Positions 19,189 to 30,767 of a DNA stretch of 64,000 nucleotides are shown piece after piece. Location: NCBI GenBank assembly GCA_963841435.1, contig CAWJCS010000005.1, forward strand, positions 1,344,001 through 1,408,000, read 5' to 3'. The stretch comes from an uncultured delta proteobacterium (GTDB taxonomy: Bacteria > Myxococcota_A > Polyangia > Polyangiales > Polyangiaceae). Under the pieces are notes generated by a model that was not told the DNA's origin, did no database searches, and saw nothing but the letters and a program-made list of their open reading frames with translations. Numbering within the stretch: the first letter of the stretch is position 1; the number at the start of each line of letters is the position of its first letter. The position numbers and the translations under genes were made by a program.

Positions 19189-20524
19189 TCACGGAAAAGC
19201 AGCCGTGGCCGTCACGATCTCGAATGGCCGATCCACTTGAAGCGCCAGCCGCCCGCGCCCGGCAGGGACGATCTGCACGCCCGGAAAGCGCTCGGCGAGG
19301 CGCCGACGCAACAGAATGATTCGCGTATCCAGGTTATCGCGTACCGGCGGGAGCTTGAGCGACGTGTCGAGGCGCAGCTCCTTCTTCGTGAACTCGTGGC
19401 GACCGGTCGCCCCCTGGATCGTCAGCAACCGAAAGAGGATGCGGCCGGGAAGCGACTTGATCACGTATTCGTCGTCGAAGAAGACGCTGTCGTCGGCCGG
19501 ATAGTAACGCACTCGAAGAGGTGGTCCCCCCGCGCGGGCGGCCCTCGCCGTGGGAGTCATCGTGTCGGCTTCGTCCGTCGCGTCGCGCATCGCAAGCGCC
19601 AGGAGACCGGCAACGACCGAAAGCACGTGTGCGTCATCCTCTCCGAAGCGCCCGCACTCCTCGTCCTCGACGTAGAGAACGAGCGCGAGCCTGTCGTCGA
19701 GCGACGCGGGCACCGCTGCCTGGCTGCCCGCGTTCGGGAGCCCCGGCAGCGGGATCAGCTTGTCGGATGCCTGCACGCCGGCCATCGCACGGAACAGGTC
19801 AATCTCGCGCGGCACGTTGTTCACTCTGAGCGCGCGACGGCGTTCGCCCGCGACGCCGATGATGCCCTGCCCGAGCACGACGCTGGCGCCCACTCCGCCG
19901 GGATACCCGTGACACGCGAGCATCGTGAGCTCCTGCCCCTCGTCCGACGGGACGAGCAGCATGCAATGCCGGTAACCGAAGTAGCGCTCGAGGCTCCCGA
20001 GCAGCTCCGTGATGCGCGCGTCGAGATCGGCAATCGCGAGCACCTCGGAGCTCAGGCGCGAAAGGGCCTCGAGCTTCGTCGGCAACGCCAACGTGGGCTC
20101 GGCCGGCTCAGCCATCGAGATCGGAGCGAACGACCTCGCCGGAGTGGACGGCGTAGACATCCGCCGAGTGAAGCCGAAAAACTCCCTGCATGCTCATGAG
20201 CGACGCGATTGCGTCAACCTCGGCGCGCAGTTGCTCGAACAGCTCACCGCTCGTCTCGCTGCGCACGAATCGTACGGCGAGCCGCAATTGCCGTCCATTC
20301 TTCGGTCCGAACAGCGTGATCTGCGCTCTTGGATTCTCGCGGATGTTGGCGACCGTCTTGGTGAAGAACTGGTTCGAGAGCGCCACGTGTCGGTCATCGA
20401 CGCGCACGACCTTGGAAAGGTACGTCACGTTGGGCGTCCCATCGGCGGAGACGGTCGCGATCACGGCAGGCATGATGCCCTCGAAGCAATCGCGATAGGC
20501 CGAGAGGTCGATTGGCGCTGCCAT
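19189..20524 (-). CDS. PPOX-like + GAF + C-terminal wHTH-like regulator, probably one gene with a single-base frameshift near 20130
   Basis: ORF 20108..20530 (CFEGIMPAVIAT...PNVTYLS...LSNQFFTKT) overlaps the GAF ORF 19189..20160 (GQGIIG, AAVP, F...D; DDSVFFDDEYVIK...ELRLD...NLDTRIILLRRRL). The span is 3n+1. Confidence 0.75.
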
Positions 20525-20526
20525 GG

Positions 20527-20991
20527 TCAAAGGGGTGCACCCGCGCCGGGACCGGGCGTCTGATTGAAGACATGCTCGGGCCGCATCCGCACCCAGCGCG
20601 CGCCACCGTGACCATGGAAGAAGCCGCGCAGCTGCGCTGCCTGGAACCCGACGCGCGCGAGGGTCGCCCCGAACGCTCCGAAGTACGTGTTCGCGGCCGC
20701 TCGGGCGTCGTTCGACGCTTCCTCGATCGCCACGAGCGGCCCCTTGAGCTGCAGGCCGCGAAACGTCAGTGGGTCGGTCAAATTCACGGCGAAGGTGCCG
20801 GCGCGTGCCGCGGCCTCGCGAAACGCCACGGACTGCTCGTCGAGCACGATGAGGGAGAGCACGCCCGCCTCGGCGTCCAACACCGCACCGAAGCCGCGCA
20901 CGGACTCGGGCACGAGGCCCGGCCCGGCGGCGGCCAGCTGAACGGCAACGACGCCCTCGAGCAGGTCACGAAGCGGAGCAATGTCCGTCAT
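20527..20991 (-). CDS. pyridoxamine 5'-phosphate oxidase-like (split barrel) protein
   Basis: FAVNLTDPLTFRGLQLKG and C-terminal FNQTPGPGAG. Stop lies 2 nt from the start of the PPOX-GAF gene. Confidence 0.75.
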   Translation of the reverse strand: MTDIAPLRDLLEGVVAVQLAAAGPGLVPESVRGFGAVLDAEAGVLSLIVLDEQSVAFREAAARAGTFAVNLTDPLTFRGLQLKGPLVAIEEASNDARAAANTYFGAFGATLARVGFQAAQLRGFFHGHGGARWVRMRPEHVFNQTPGPGAGAPL

Positions 20992-21204
20992 CGTCGTCTG
21001 CCAACCCTGCCCGAGCACCGGGCGCAGCACAAGGTGGCCCGCCTTCCCAGCGAGCACCAAGCTCGCTTCGACCATTTGCTCGGCGCTCACGTCACTTCCG
21101 CGCGTCGTGTTGCGAGAGGCTACACCCCGGCCGCACGGTGGCTTCTGACGCTTGCCTCGGGCCCGACGGTTCTGGGCGTTTCTCGTCGAAGAATTCGCGA
21201 AGTA

Positions 21205-21372
21205 CATTAGCTCGATCGTGAGCGCCTCTCGCTCCTGGTAGAGCTCGGGGAACGAGAACTTCGCCTTCGACGCCTCGAGCGTCACGAGCGACTGCGCGAG
21301 CGCACCGGTGCGAAGCTCGGCGCGTGCTTTCTCGAGCAGGCGCACCTCTTCTTCGAGCTCGCTTTGGCGCAC
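21205..21372 (-). pseudogene. fragment resembling the C-terminal TPR-like domain of myxobacterial anti-sigma-type membrane proteins
   Basis: ELEEEVRLLEKARAELRTG...L..LE...KF....L..EREALTIE pattern, with no proper start or N-terminal domain. Confidence 0.45.
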
Positions 21373-21582
21373 GCGTGCCGGAGCATCCCAAACGGGGAAC
21401 GCGGCGACCGAGCTTTCCGGGCGCGAGGGAGCGGGCGCCCTCTGCTCGGCGGGGCTCCTAGCGCCGCGAATCTTGGGATCCTTGGCGCCTTGCCGCCGGG
21501 CCCGGCACGGTCGGTGGCCCGGTCCGCCAGGCGCACGAAATGCAATCTTCGAGAAAACCGGTTAAGTTGCGCGCCGCACCCC

Positions 21583-23718
21583 ATGCCCGCCGCCGAACCT
21601 TACAAAAACCACGAGCTTCCGCTCGAAGCGCGCGTCGACGACCTCATTGCACGTCTGACCTTGGCGGAGAAGATCGACTGTCTTTCGACCAACCCGAGCG
21701 TGCCGCGGCTCGGCATCGTTGCGAGCGGGCATGTCGAGGGACTGCACGGGCTCGCGCAGGGCACGCCGGGCGCTTGGGGTGGCGACAGTCCGATTCCAAC
21801 GACGACGTTCCCCCAAGCGATCGGGCTTGGCGAAACATGGGACCCGAAGCTCGTTCGAAAGGCGGCGGCGCTCGAAGGCAAGGAGGCGCGCTGGATCTTC
21901 CACCAGCACGGGGGCAAGCGTGGTGGCCTGGTGATTCGCGCACCGAACGCCGACCTCGGGCGTGACCCGCGCTGGGGGCGCACGGAGGAGTGCTTCGGTG
22001 AGGATGCGTTCTATTGCGGCGTGATGACGCAGGCGGTCGTGCGCGGGCTGCAGGGCGACCACCCGACGTACTGGCAGAGCGCGTCGCTCATGAAGCATTT
22101 TCTCGCGAACAGCAACGAGGTCGGGCGCGAGCGCGGAAACTCCGGCTTCGATGAGCGGATGTTCCGCGAATACTATTCGGTGCCCTTCCGGAAGGGGATC
22201 GAGGCGGGATCACGCGCGTTCATGGCGGCGTACAACAAGTACAACGGCGTGCCTTGCTGCCTGCACCCCGTGCTCGAGGAAGTGACGCGCGCGGAGTGGG
22301 GGCACGATGGGATCATTTGTACCGACGGCGGCGCGTTCCGGCTGCTCGTCGAGGAGCATCGCTACTTTCCGACGCTCATCGACGCGGCGGGGCCCGTCCT
22401 CGGCGCAGGCATCACCCAGTTTCTCGACGAGTATCGCGAGGCCGTCGAGGGAGCGCTCGAGGAGGGCTCGCTCACCGAGGCGGAGATCGACCGGGCAATC
22501 CGACCGAACTTTCGCGTGATGATCCGACTGGGGTTGCTCGATCCGCCGGAGCGCGTGCCCTACACGCGCATCGACGCGACGCCGCCGTGGGAGACTGACG
22601 AGGCACGTGCGCTCGCACGTGAGGTGACCGAGGCGTCCATCGTGCTCCTGAAGAACGAGGGCGCGCTCTTGCCGCTTGCGGCGGACGGGCTCCGGTCGGT
22701 GGCGGTGATCGGGCCGCGCGCCGACGAGGTGCTCTTCGACTGGTACAGCGGGTCGCCTCCGTATGCGGTGTCGCCGCTCGAGGGGATCCGCGCGCGGCTC
22801 GGCCCGGGCGTCGAGGTGCGTCACGCGCGCGAGGGCGCGGAGGCGATCGCCGCAGCGAAGGCGTCGGACGTTGCGATCGTGTGCGTGGGGAATCATCCGA
22901 CGGGCGAAGGGCCGTTCGGCAAATCCGCTCATCCGAGCTACGGTAAGGAATCGGTGGACCGGCTCGATCTCGCGCTGCCGGACGAGCCGTTCCTCGCCGA
23001 GGTGCTCGCGGCGAATCCGAAGACGGTCGTCGTTCTCCTGGCGAGCTTTCCGTATTCGATCGTCGAGACCACGGAGCGGGCGCCGGCCATCGTGAAGATG
23101 ACGCACAACAGTCAGGAGCTCGGAACCGCGCTTGCCGGCGTGCTTTTCGGCGACCTGAACCCGGGGGGGCGCCTCGTGCAAACGTGGCACCGGTCGGTGA
23201 GCGAGCTGCCGCCCATGCTCGACTACGACCTGCGGCTCGGAAGAACGTACATGTTCTTCGAGGGCGAGCCGCTGTTCGCCTTCGGGTTCGGGCTTTCGTA
23301 CACGACGTTCGGATACGAGGCGTTTCGCATTGAGCGCGCATCGGGCGGCGACGCTCGCGAGTCCCGCGGCGCGGCGGCAGGCGGTGGAGCGACGGCGGGG
23401 CCCGGCGACGTGATCGAAGCGAGCGTTCGGGTGACGAACACCGGGAAGCGCGCGGGTGATGACGTCGTGCAGCTTTACGCGCGCTACGCGCGGTCGCACG
23501 TGACGCGGGCAAAGAAGCAGCTCGTCGCCTTCGAGCGCCTGCGGCTCGCGCCGGGAGAGACGACGCTCGTTTCGTTGTCGTTCCCGGTGTCGGAGCTTGC
23601 TTTCTGGGACGTGACGCGGCGGGCGTTCGTCGTCGAGGCGGGGAAGGTGGAGCTCGAGCTCGGGAGGTCGGCGGCCGAGGTCGTCGCTGGCGCGAGCCTC
23701 GAGATCGCGGCGGCGTAG
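21583..23718 (+). CDS. GH3 beta-glucosidase/beta-xylosidase with Fn3-like C-terminus
   Basis: EGLHG, TTFPQAIG, RDPRWGRTEE, KHF, MAAYN, CTDG, SIVLLKN, FGFGLSYTTF and DVVQLY. Confidence 0.95.
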   Translation: MPAAEPYKNHELPLEARVDDLIARLTLAEKIDCLSTNPSVPRLGIVASGHVEGLHGLAQGTPGAWGGDSPIPTTTFPQAIGLGETWDPKLVRKAAALEGKEARWIFHQHGGKRGGLVIRAPNADLGRDPRWGRTEECFGEDAFYCGVMTQAVVRGLQGDHPTYWQSASLMKHFLANSNEVGRERGNSGFDERMFREYYSVPFRKGIEAGSRAFMAAYNKYNGVPCCLHPVLEEVTRAEWGHDGIICTDGGAFRLLVEEHRYFPTLIDAAGPVLGAGITQFLDEYREAVEGALEEGSLTEAEIDRAIRPNFRVMIRLGLLDPPERVPYTRIDATPPWETDEARALAREVTEASIVLLKNEGALLPLAADGLRSVAVIGPRADEVLFDWYSGSPPYAVSPLEGIRARLGPGVEVRHAREGAEAIAAAKASDVAIVCVGNHPTGEGPFGKSAHPSYGKESVDRLDLALPDEPFLAEVLAANPKTVVVLLASFPYSIVETTERAPAIVKMTHNSQELGTALAGVLFGDLNPGGRLVQTWHRSVSELPPMLDYDLRLGRTYMFFEGEPLFAFGFGLSYTTFGYEAFRIERASGGDARESRGAAAGGGATAGPGDVIEASVRVTNTGKRAGDDVVQLYARYARSHVTRAKKQLVAFERLRLAPGETTLVSLSFPVSELAFWDVTRRAFVVEAGKVELELGRSAAEVVAGASLEIAAA

Positions 23719-23722
23719 CCGC

Positions 23723-25321
<1,599 letters not shown>

Positions 25322-25469
25322 TGGGGAGAGACGACCATAGCGCCCCAGGGCCCGCGACGCACCCGGATGCCGCACAAACACAGCCAGACTGTACCGGCCC
25401 GCGGGATACTGCAGCGGTTACACGAGGCGCGTGCAGACGCGTCGGGTGTGAGGTACCCCCAGTCGGACC

Positions 25470-26156
25470 ATGCAAGGCAAGCGAACCGTGGTCCGGGGCG
25501 CGGAGTTTTCGCTCGCGGCAGCGCGCGCCATTGCAGAGCTCTTGCGCGTCGAGGCATCGCCGGGAGGGATGGCGTCACTCGCGCTCGCGGGAGGAACGAC
25601 ACCGCGCGCCGTCTACGAAACGCTCGCGGGGCAAGACAGTATTCCCTGGGAGCGCATCGAAATCTTCTTCGGTGACGAGCGGTGCGTGCCACCCGACGAC
25701 CCCGAGAGCAACTTCCGGATGGCGAAGGAGGCGCTACTCGACCGCGTGGGTGTCCTCCCCGGGAACGTGCACCGGCCGCGCGCCGAGAGCGCCGATCGCG
25801 ACGCGGCGGCACGCGACTACGAAAAGGAGCTCCCCGCGTCACTCGATGTCTTGGTGTTGGGGATTGGGGAAGATGGGCACACGGCGTCCCTTTTTCCGAG
25901 CTCGGCCGCGCTCGCCGAAGGCACGCGGCGCTACGTGGCCGTCATGGGGCCGAAGCCGCCGCCGGAGCGCCTCACGTTGACCCCCATCGCCATCGCAGCG
26001 GCGCGCGACGTGGTGATGCTAGCCAAGGGACGCGGCAAGGCGGAGGCGGTGAAGCGCGCGCTCGAGGGCGACTTCGATCCACGAGAAACGCCGGCATCGC
26101 TCGTGCGCCACGCGTTCTGGATCCTCGACGAGGAAGCGGCGAGCCTGCTTTCGTGA
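25470..26156 (+). CDS. pgl: 6-phosphogluconolactonase
   Basis: LAGGTTP, FFGDERCVPPDDPESN, LGIGEDGHTASLFP and KPPPERLTLT. Confidence 0.95.
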   Translation: MQGKRTVVRGAEFSLAAARAIAELLRVEASPGGMASLALAGGTTPRAVYETLAGQDSIPWERIEIFFGDERCVPPDDPESNFRMAKEALLDRVGVLPGNVHRPRAESADRDAAARDYEKELPASLDVLVLGIGEDGHTASLFPSSAALAEGTRRYVAVMGPKPPPERLTLTPIAIAAARDVVMLAKGRGKAEAVKRALEGDFDPRETPASLVRHAFWILDEEAASLLS

Positions 26157-26173
26157 CGGTGGCAAGAGCCCGT

Positions 26174-26947
26174 TCAGCTCCCCGTGCTCTGGTAGTGCGA
26201 AAGCGCGCGCTCCCACGCCACGAAAGCGAGCGCGGCGCTCGCGACGGCCGCGACGGGAGGGGCGACGAGCGCCGGCGCCATCGGTAGATCGCCGCGCAGC
26301 CACGACACGGGCACGAAAATCGCTGCGCCGAACGGGAAGACGAACAAGATGAGGCCGCCGAGCCAGCGCGGGTAGATCGACGCCGGGTAGCGCGCGGCGT
26401 TGAGCAGGTGATGCACGGCCATCATGTGCATCGTCCACGGACCCGTGACGCGGATCGTGAGCGAGCCGACGAGCACGAGCGCGGCCGTGTAGATGACGGC
26501 GCCGGAGAGCACCCAGAGCGGCAGACAAACGAGCGTCCAGGCCGGTGCGCCGAGGCCCGAGAAGCCGATCGCGAAGGTGACCACCCCCGTCGTGAAGTTG
26601 CCGAGCGAATGCAGCTCGGGCCGTGAGAAGAGCACGAAGAAAAGGCTCCGCACGGGATACACCAAGAGGCGATCGAGCTGACCGTCGAGGACGTACCAGG
26701 GCAGCCACCAGATACCGTTGAAGGCCATCTCCGAAAGGCCGAGCACCATCGCGGTGAGCCCGAACAACGAGAGCACGGACGCGCTCGTCCAGCCGCCAAG
26801 CGAAGGGACGTGGCTCGTCACCACCCAGAAGAAGGTGAACGCCGCGAGCTGCATCGAGACGGCGGTGACGATGCCGACCAGGAAATCGACGCGATATTCG
26901 GCGCGAGATTTTAGCGCCATGCGAAAAAGCGTGAGGTAAAAGCGCAT
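26174..26947 (-). CDS. ABC-2 family transporter permease
   Basis: EYRVDF, GGWT, GQLDRLLVYP, YPASIYP and YQSTGS; about six TM segments. Confidence 0.9.
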   Translation of the reverse strand: MRFYLTLFRMALKSRAEYRVDFLVGIVTAVSMQLAAFTFFWVVTSHVPSLGGWTSASVLSLFGLTAMVLGLSEMAFNGIWWLPWYVLDGQLDRLLVYPVRSLFFVLFSRPELHSLGNFTTGVVTFAIGFSGLGAPAWTLVCLPLWVLSGAVIYTAALVLVGSLTIRVTGPWTMHMMAVHHLLNAARYPASIYPRWLGGLILFVFPFGAAIFVPVSWLRGDLPMAPALVAPPVAAVASAALAFVAWERALSHYQSTGS

Positions 26948-26985
26948 GATCGAAAGTCCTTCGGAGCCCGCAGGTGCCGGTTCCG

Positions 26986-27813
26986 CTAACCTCCTTGCAC
27001 CTGGTGGCGGCGCATGACGGCGCCGAAGATCAGCGAGGAAAAAGCCAGCAACCCGGCGCCCCACGCCGCCTGCTCCGCGAGCAGAACGGGCGCCGCGGCA
27101 CTCGGTGCCATGCCGAGCCAGAGCACGACCGGCGTCTCGATGACGTGCCGAAACGGCAGGTAGCGCGCCGCCGCGCGCAGACCCGCGGGAAACATCACGA
27201 GCGGCGCCGCGAGGCCCGAGAACACCTGATGCAAAGCCGCACGCGCGAACAAGACGCCGTAGCCCGACTGCAGCACGAACGAAGCCTGCACGATGAGATA
27301 GCTGATGCCGAACGTCACGAGGAACGCGAGCCCGGCGCTCACGAGGCCGAGCAGCATGGAAAGGGGGCTCGCGGGCAGGAGCGCCGAGCCGAGCAAGACG
27401 TAGCCCACGACGAAAATCGGCACGACGAACGCCAGGTTCACGAGCGCGTCGCCCACGGCCTGCGCCATCTGCATGCTCATGAAACCGAGGGGGCGAACGA
27501 GATCCGAGGTCACGAGCCCCAGGCGCACACGCTGCAAGAACCTGAGCTCGATGAACAGCGTGAGCACGGCGTTGAGCAGGAACGCCGAGACGAGGTAGGC
27601 CATCATGGGCGCTTCTTCGATCGGCCCTGGATGCGGGTTTTGCCGATAGACCTCGCGCCACACGAGCAAAAACACGCAATAGGCGAAGCCGCTCGCCACG
27701 AGCGACACGAGCGTCGAAAGCCGGTAGGTGAGCTTGGCCTGCGCCGTGCAGAGCGAAAGCGCGCGGAACCCGCGCACGGCTTGCAAGAGAGTCGGCGTGG
27801 GGAGCGTGCTCAC
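26986..27813 (-). CDS. ABC-2 family transporter permease
   Basis: TYR, DLVRP, FSG...PL..FP, LPF and C-terminal VQGG. The GTG start overlaps the ATPase stop. Confidence 0.88.
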   Translation of the reverse strand: MSTLPTPTLLQAVRGFRALSLCTAQAKLTYRLSTLVSLVASGFAYCVFLLVWREVYRQNPHPGPIEEAPMMAYLVSAFLLNAVLTLFIELRFLQRVRLGLVTSDLVRPLGFMSMQMAQAVGDALVNLAFVVPIFVVGYVLLGSALLPASPLSMLLGLVSAGLAFLVTFGISYLIVQASFVLQSGYGVLFARAALHQVFSGLAAPLVMFPAGLRAAARYLPFRHVIETPVVLWLGMAPSAAAPVLLAEQAAWGAGLLAFSSLIFGAVMRRHQVQGG

Positions 27814-28856
27814 GAAGCCACCGCCTTCAGCGTGGGCGCGTCGAGCCCCTTGCCGCCGCTTCGGTAGAGGCGCGTGACGATGGCGTCGAGCTCGACGCTC
27901 TGCAACGTGAGATCGCGCACCGGCAGGCGGCGCAGCACCTCCGCCGTGACGCGCGGCGTGCTGGCGGCGCGCGGGCATTCGACGCGCAGCCGCGAGTGTC
28001 CTTCCCAGTGCATTTGCACCGCTTCCGCGGCAAGCTCGTGTTCGAGCGCGCGTTTCGCTTCGTCGCTCACCTCGCCCTCGAGCTCGACCACGAGCGTGCG
28101 CTCGTCGGCGAAGCGCGCGTGGAAGCCCTCGCGGCTGCCGTCGTAGAGCAGCGCTCCCTTGTCGAGCACGAGCAGCCGCTCGCAAGTGGCCGAAATGTCC
28201 TTCAAATCGTGCGTCGTCAGCAAGATGGTCGTGCCGAAGCGCCGCCGCATCTCGACGAGGTGCTCACGCACGCGCTCCTTGACGAGCACGTCGAGGCCGA
28301 TCGTCGGCTCGTCGAGGAAAGCAACGGCCGGCGCGTGGAGCAAGCTCGCCGCGAGGTCGCAGCGCATGCGCTGGCCGAGCGAGAGCAGCCGCACGGGTGT
28401 GTCCAAGAACTCGCCGAGCTCGAGACGCTCGACGGCCTCGCCGTAGGTGAAGCGATAGACGTCGTCCGGAATCGCGTACATCGCCTTCAGGAGCTCGAAG
28501 CTGTGCCGCGCGGGGATGTCCCAGAGGATCTGCGGCTTCTGCCCGAAGACGACGCCGATGCTCTGCGAAAGAACGCGACGCGATTGGTGCGGCACGAGAC
28601 CGAGCGTTTCGAGACGCCCGCCGCTCGGCACGAGGATGCCCGTCAGCATCTTCACGGTCGTCAACTTGCCCGCACCGTTTTCGCCGATGAGCCCCACACT
28701 CTCGCCACGCCGGATCGTGAAGGAGAGATCGTGGACGGCGCGGACGTGCTCGCTCTCCACGGAGAAATAGCCGCGCAGCCCCGCCCAGAAACCGTTCACG
28801 CGCTTTCGGCGCTGGTAGGTCTTTTCGAGTCCCTCGGTGACGATTGCGATGTCCAT
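27810..28856 (-). CDS. ABC transporter ATP-binding protein
   Basis: Walker A GENGAGKLTT (Ser expected at L), signature LSLGQRMR, Walker B FLDEPTIGLD and TTHD. Confidence 0.95.
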   Translation of the reverse strand: MDIAIVTEGLEKTYQRRKRVNGFWAGLRGYFSVESEHVRAVHDLSFTIRRGESVGLIGENGAGKLTTVKMLTGILVPSGGRLETLGLVPHQSRRVLSQSIGVVFGQKPQILWDIPARHSFELLKAMYAIPDDVYRFTYGEAVERLELGEFLDTPVRLLSLGQRMRCDLAASLLHAPAVAFLDEPTIGLDVLVKERVREHLVEMRRRFGTTILLTTHDLKDISATCERLLVLDKGALLYDGSREGFHARFADERTLVVELEGEVSDEAKRALEHELAAEAVQMHWEGHSRLRVECPRAASTPRVTAEVLRRLPVRDLTLQSVELDAIVTRLYRSGGKGLDAPTLKAVAS

Positions 28857-28880
28857 GGTCGATTCCAAAGCCAGAAATGA

Positions 28881-28916
28881 GAAAAGCCGCCGTGGCGTGG
28901 GCCAGGGCGGCTTTTC
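28881..28916 (-). terminator. intrinsic terminator-like hairpin in the ABC operon leader
   Basis: Perfect 11-bp inverted repeat GAAAAGCCGCC/GGCGGCTTTTC with inner TGGC/GCCA pairing. On the minus strand it runs into TTTTCTCATTTCT about 25 nt before the ATPase start. Confidence 0.7.
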
Positions 28917-28936
28917 GACGGTTGCGTCGCGGTGCC

Positions 28937-29023
28937 CTAGCCGGAGCCCCCCTCGTGGATGAACGCCGCCCACGCTCGGAGAGCGCGCGGGGTGTGGCGG
29001 CGGTTCGTGATGCTCTGCTTCAT
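28937..29023 (-). CDS. candidate 28-aa leader peptide (MKQSITNRRHTPRALRAWAAFIHEGGSG)
   Basis: Short ATG-started ORF ending ~20 nt upstream of the hairpin; no clear RBS. Confidence 0.3.
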   Translation of the reverse strand: MKQSITNRRHTPRALRAWAAFIHEGGSG

Positions 29024-29130
29024 GGCCGGTCGGAGGATGGCGCGCCGTGTTTTCGGCGTCAAGACAGGCCCGCGCGGCGCCACCTCCGGGCTGAACGGGC
29101 GGGGGGCTAAAGTGGCCATCGCGCCGGCCG

Positions 29131-29454
29131 TTGGGTAGGGCGATGACTGTCCTCCGACGCCCAGCGTCTACCGAGGACCCGGCTGGCAGCTCCAGCGAGC
29201 AGCCGCGGGTCAACCGATGGCCAGGCGATGAAGGGACACTGCCGACTCGATGCCCTCACATGGGCGGGTGCGAGATGTTCCCCTTGTTCTCGCTCGCGGG
29301 TGCCCTCTCGGTCTGGAAGACGAACTACTGTTCTGCCGACTACACGCGCTGCGAGCGGTATCAGCGTTCTCGCGAAGGTCAACCCGTGCCGACCAACTTG
29401 ATGCCAAACGGAGCGCTGCTCAGGAAGTGGACCCCACCGGCGAGCAAGCCGTGA
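29131..29454 (+). CDS. small four-Cys putative metal-binding protein
   Basis: CPHMGGC...YCSADYTRCERY...PTNLMPNG. Its stop overlaps the GTG start of the YeeE gene; the true start is uncertain. Confidence 0.6.
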   Translation: MGRAMTVLRRPASTEDPAGSSSEQPRVNRWPGDEGTLPTRCPHMGGCEMFPLFSLAGALSVWKTNYCSADYTRCERYQRSREGQPVPTNLMPNGALLRKWTPPASKP

Positions 29455-30062
29455 GCTACTGGCCGGCGTGGCTCGGTGGGCTGTCGCTCGCCACCGTCAT
29501 GGTCCTGCACTGGTTCGGAGTGGGCCGGATGATGGCCGTCTCGGGCCGCGTCACGGCGATCATCGATCGCCTGCGGCTCGGGCCGCGCGAGCCCGCCGCG
29601 CACCTGTCCGAGGACGAGCTCGTCGCCGCCTTGCGCGCGGCGACGGAAGCGGAGTTCGGCACGGCGTCCTTACCCGAGCCCGCCCCGTCGTCGGAGTCGA
29701 GCGCGCGTGGGGAGAGCCGGCGACCGGCGCGACGCGCACCCCAGCCGTTCGCTGCTCATCTCGTGATGTTCGTCTTCCTCGGGCTCGGCGGGTTGCTCGC
29801 CACGCGTTCGAGCTGGTCGACGAGCGCCACGTTGCGCGGCCAAGGCTTCGCGACGCTGGCCGGTGGTTCCCCGTGGGTGTCGGCCGGCTTGCTACTGGTC
29901 GGTGGCATCTTGGTCGGGTTCGGGACGCGCATGGCAGGCGGCTGCACGTCCGGCCACGGCCTGTGTGGTGCGAGTCGCCTCCAGCGCGGCAGCTTGCTCG
30001 CGACGGTGGGTTTTTTCGGAGCCGGCGTCGTCACGTCGTTCGTCCTCGGGAGGTTCTTGTGA
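29451..30062 (+). CDS. YeeE/YedE family sulfur-compound transporter subunit
   Basis: GRMMAVSG and GGILVGFGTRMAGGCTSGHGLCG. Confidence 0.92.
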   Translation: MSYWPAWLGGLSLATVMVLHWFGVGRMMAVSGRVTAIIDRLRLGPREPAAHLSEDELVAALRAATEAEFGTASLPEPAPSSESSARGESRRPARRAPQPFAAHLVMFVFLGLGGLLATRSSWSTSATLRGQGFATLAGGSPWVSAGLLLVGGILVGFGTRMAGGCTSGHGLCGASRLQRGSLLATVGFFGAGVVTSFVLGRFL

Positions 30063-30493
30063 CGCTCGAGCGTGTGCGCGATTTTGCAGGCGTGGCGTTC
30101 ATCGGGCTCTTCTTCGGCTATGCGCTGAGCCGCATCGGCTTCAGCTCGTGGGACGAAGTGCACGCGATGTTCACCTTCCGCCATTTCAACCTGCTCCTCG
30201 CGTTCGTGATCGCGCTCGCGGTGCTCGGGCCGGCGTGGGCGCTCATCGCGAAGCTCTCCCGCCCACACTGGACGCCCCGCCCGATCCACAAGGGAACGCT
30301 CGTCGGCGGCATCCTGTTCGGCGCCGGCTGGGCGCTCTCGGGCGCGTGTCCGAGCATCGCGGCGGTGCAGGTCGGCGAAGGGCAGCTCGGCGGCATCGTG
30401 ACGTTCGCCGGCATCTTCGCCGGGAATTTTCTCTACGCGCTCGCGCACGAGCGCTACTTCCGCTGGACGGCGGGCAGCTGCCTCGACGACTGA
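30059..30493 (+). CDS. YeeE/YedE family partner subunit
   Basis: GLFFGYAL and GGILFGAGWALSGACP; GTGA overlap with the upstream gene. Confidence 0.9.
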   Translation: MTLERVRDFAGVAFIGLFFGYALSRIGFSSWDEVHAMFTFRHFNLLLAFVIALAVLGPAWALIAKLSRPHWTPRPIHKGTLVGGILFGAGWALSGACPSIAAVQVGEGQLGGIVTFAGIFAGNFLYALAHERYFRWTAGSCLDD

Positions 30494-30767
30494 CGCGACG
30501 ACGCGAGGCGCGCTCGGCGACGCGCCCCATTTCCATGGGCTCGACCCTACCCGGCGGCGCGGAGCGGCTGAGGAGCGCGGTTATATAACCCGCGGGGAGC
30601 AACGGCGGGGTGAAGGGCACGCCACATCTGCGCTCTTCGGAAGATGCGGGTTGCGCTCCACCATCTCGTTTTGATTGGATGACGTGCCGAAACATGACCG
30701 GTGCCACCATCGGGACCGGAGACTCTGCCGAACGCGGATGGGGGCCGAACCGAAACGAGATGACCCC

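Noticed and set aside
28655-28690. Variant Walker A (GKLT) suggesting an inactive ATPase
   Set aside because: One base change (GTCAAC back to GTCGAC) restores GKST; it is part of the error signature.
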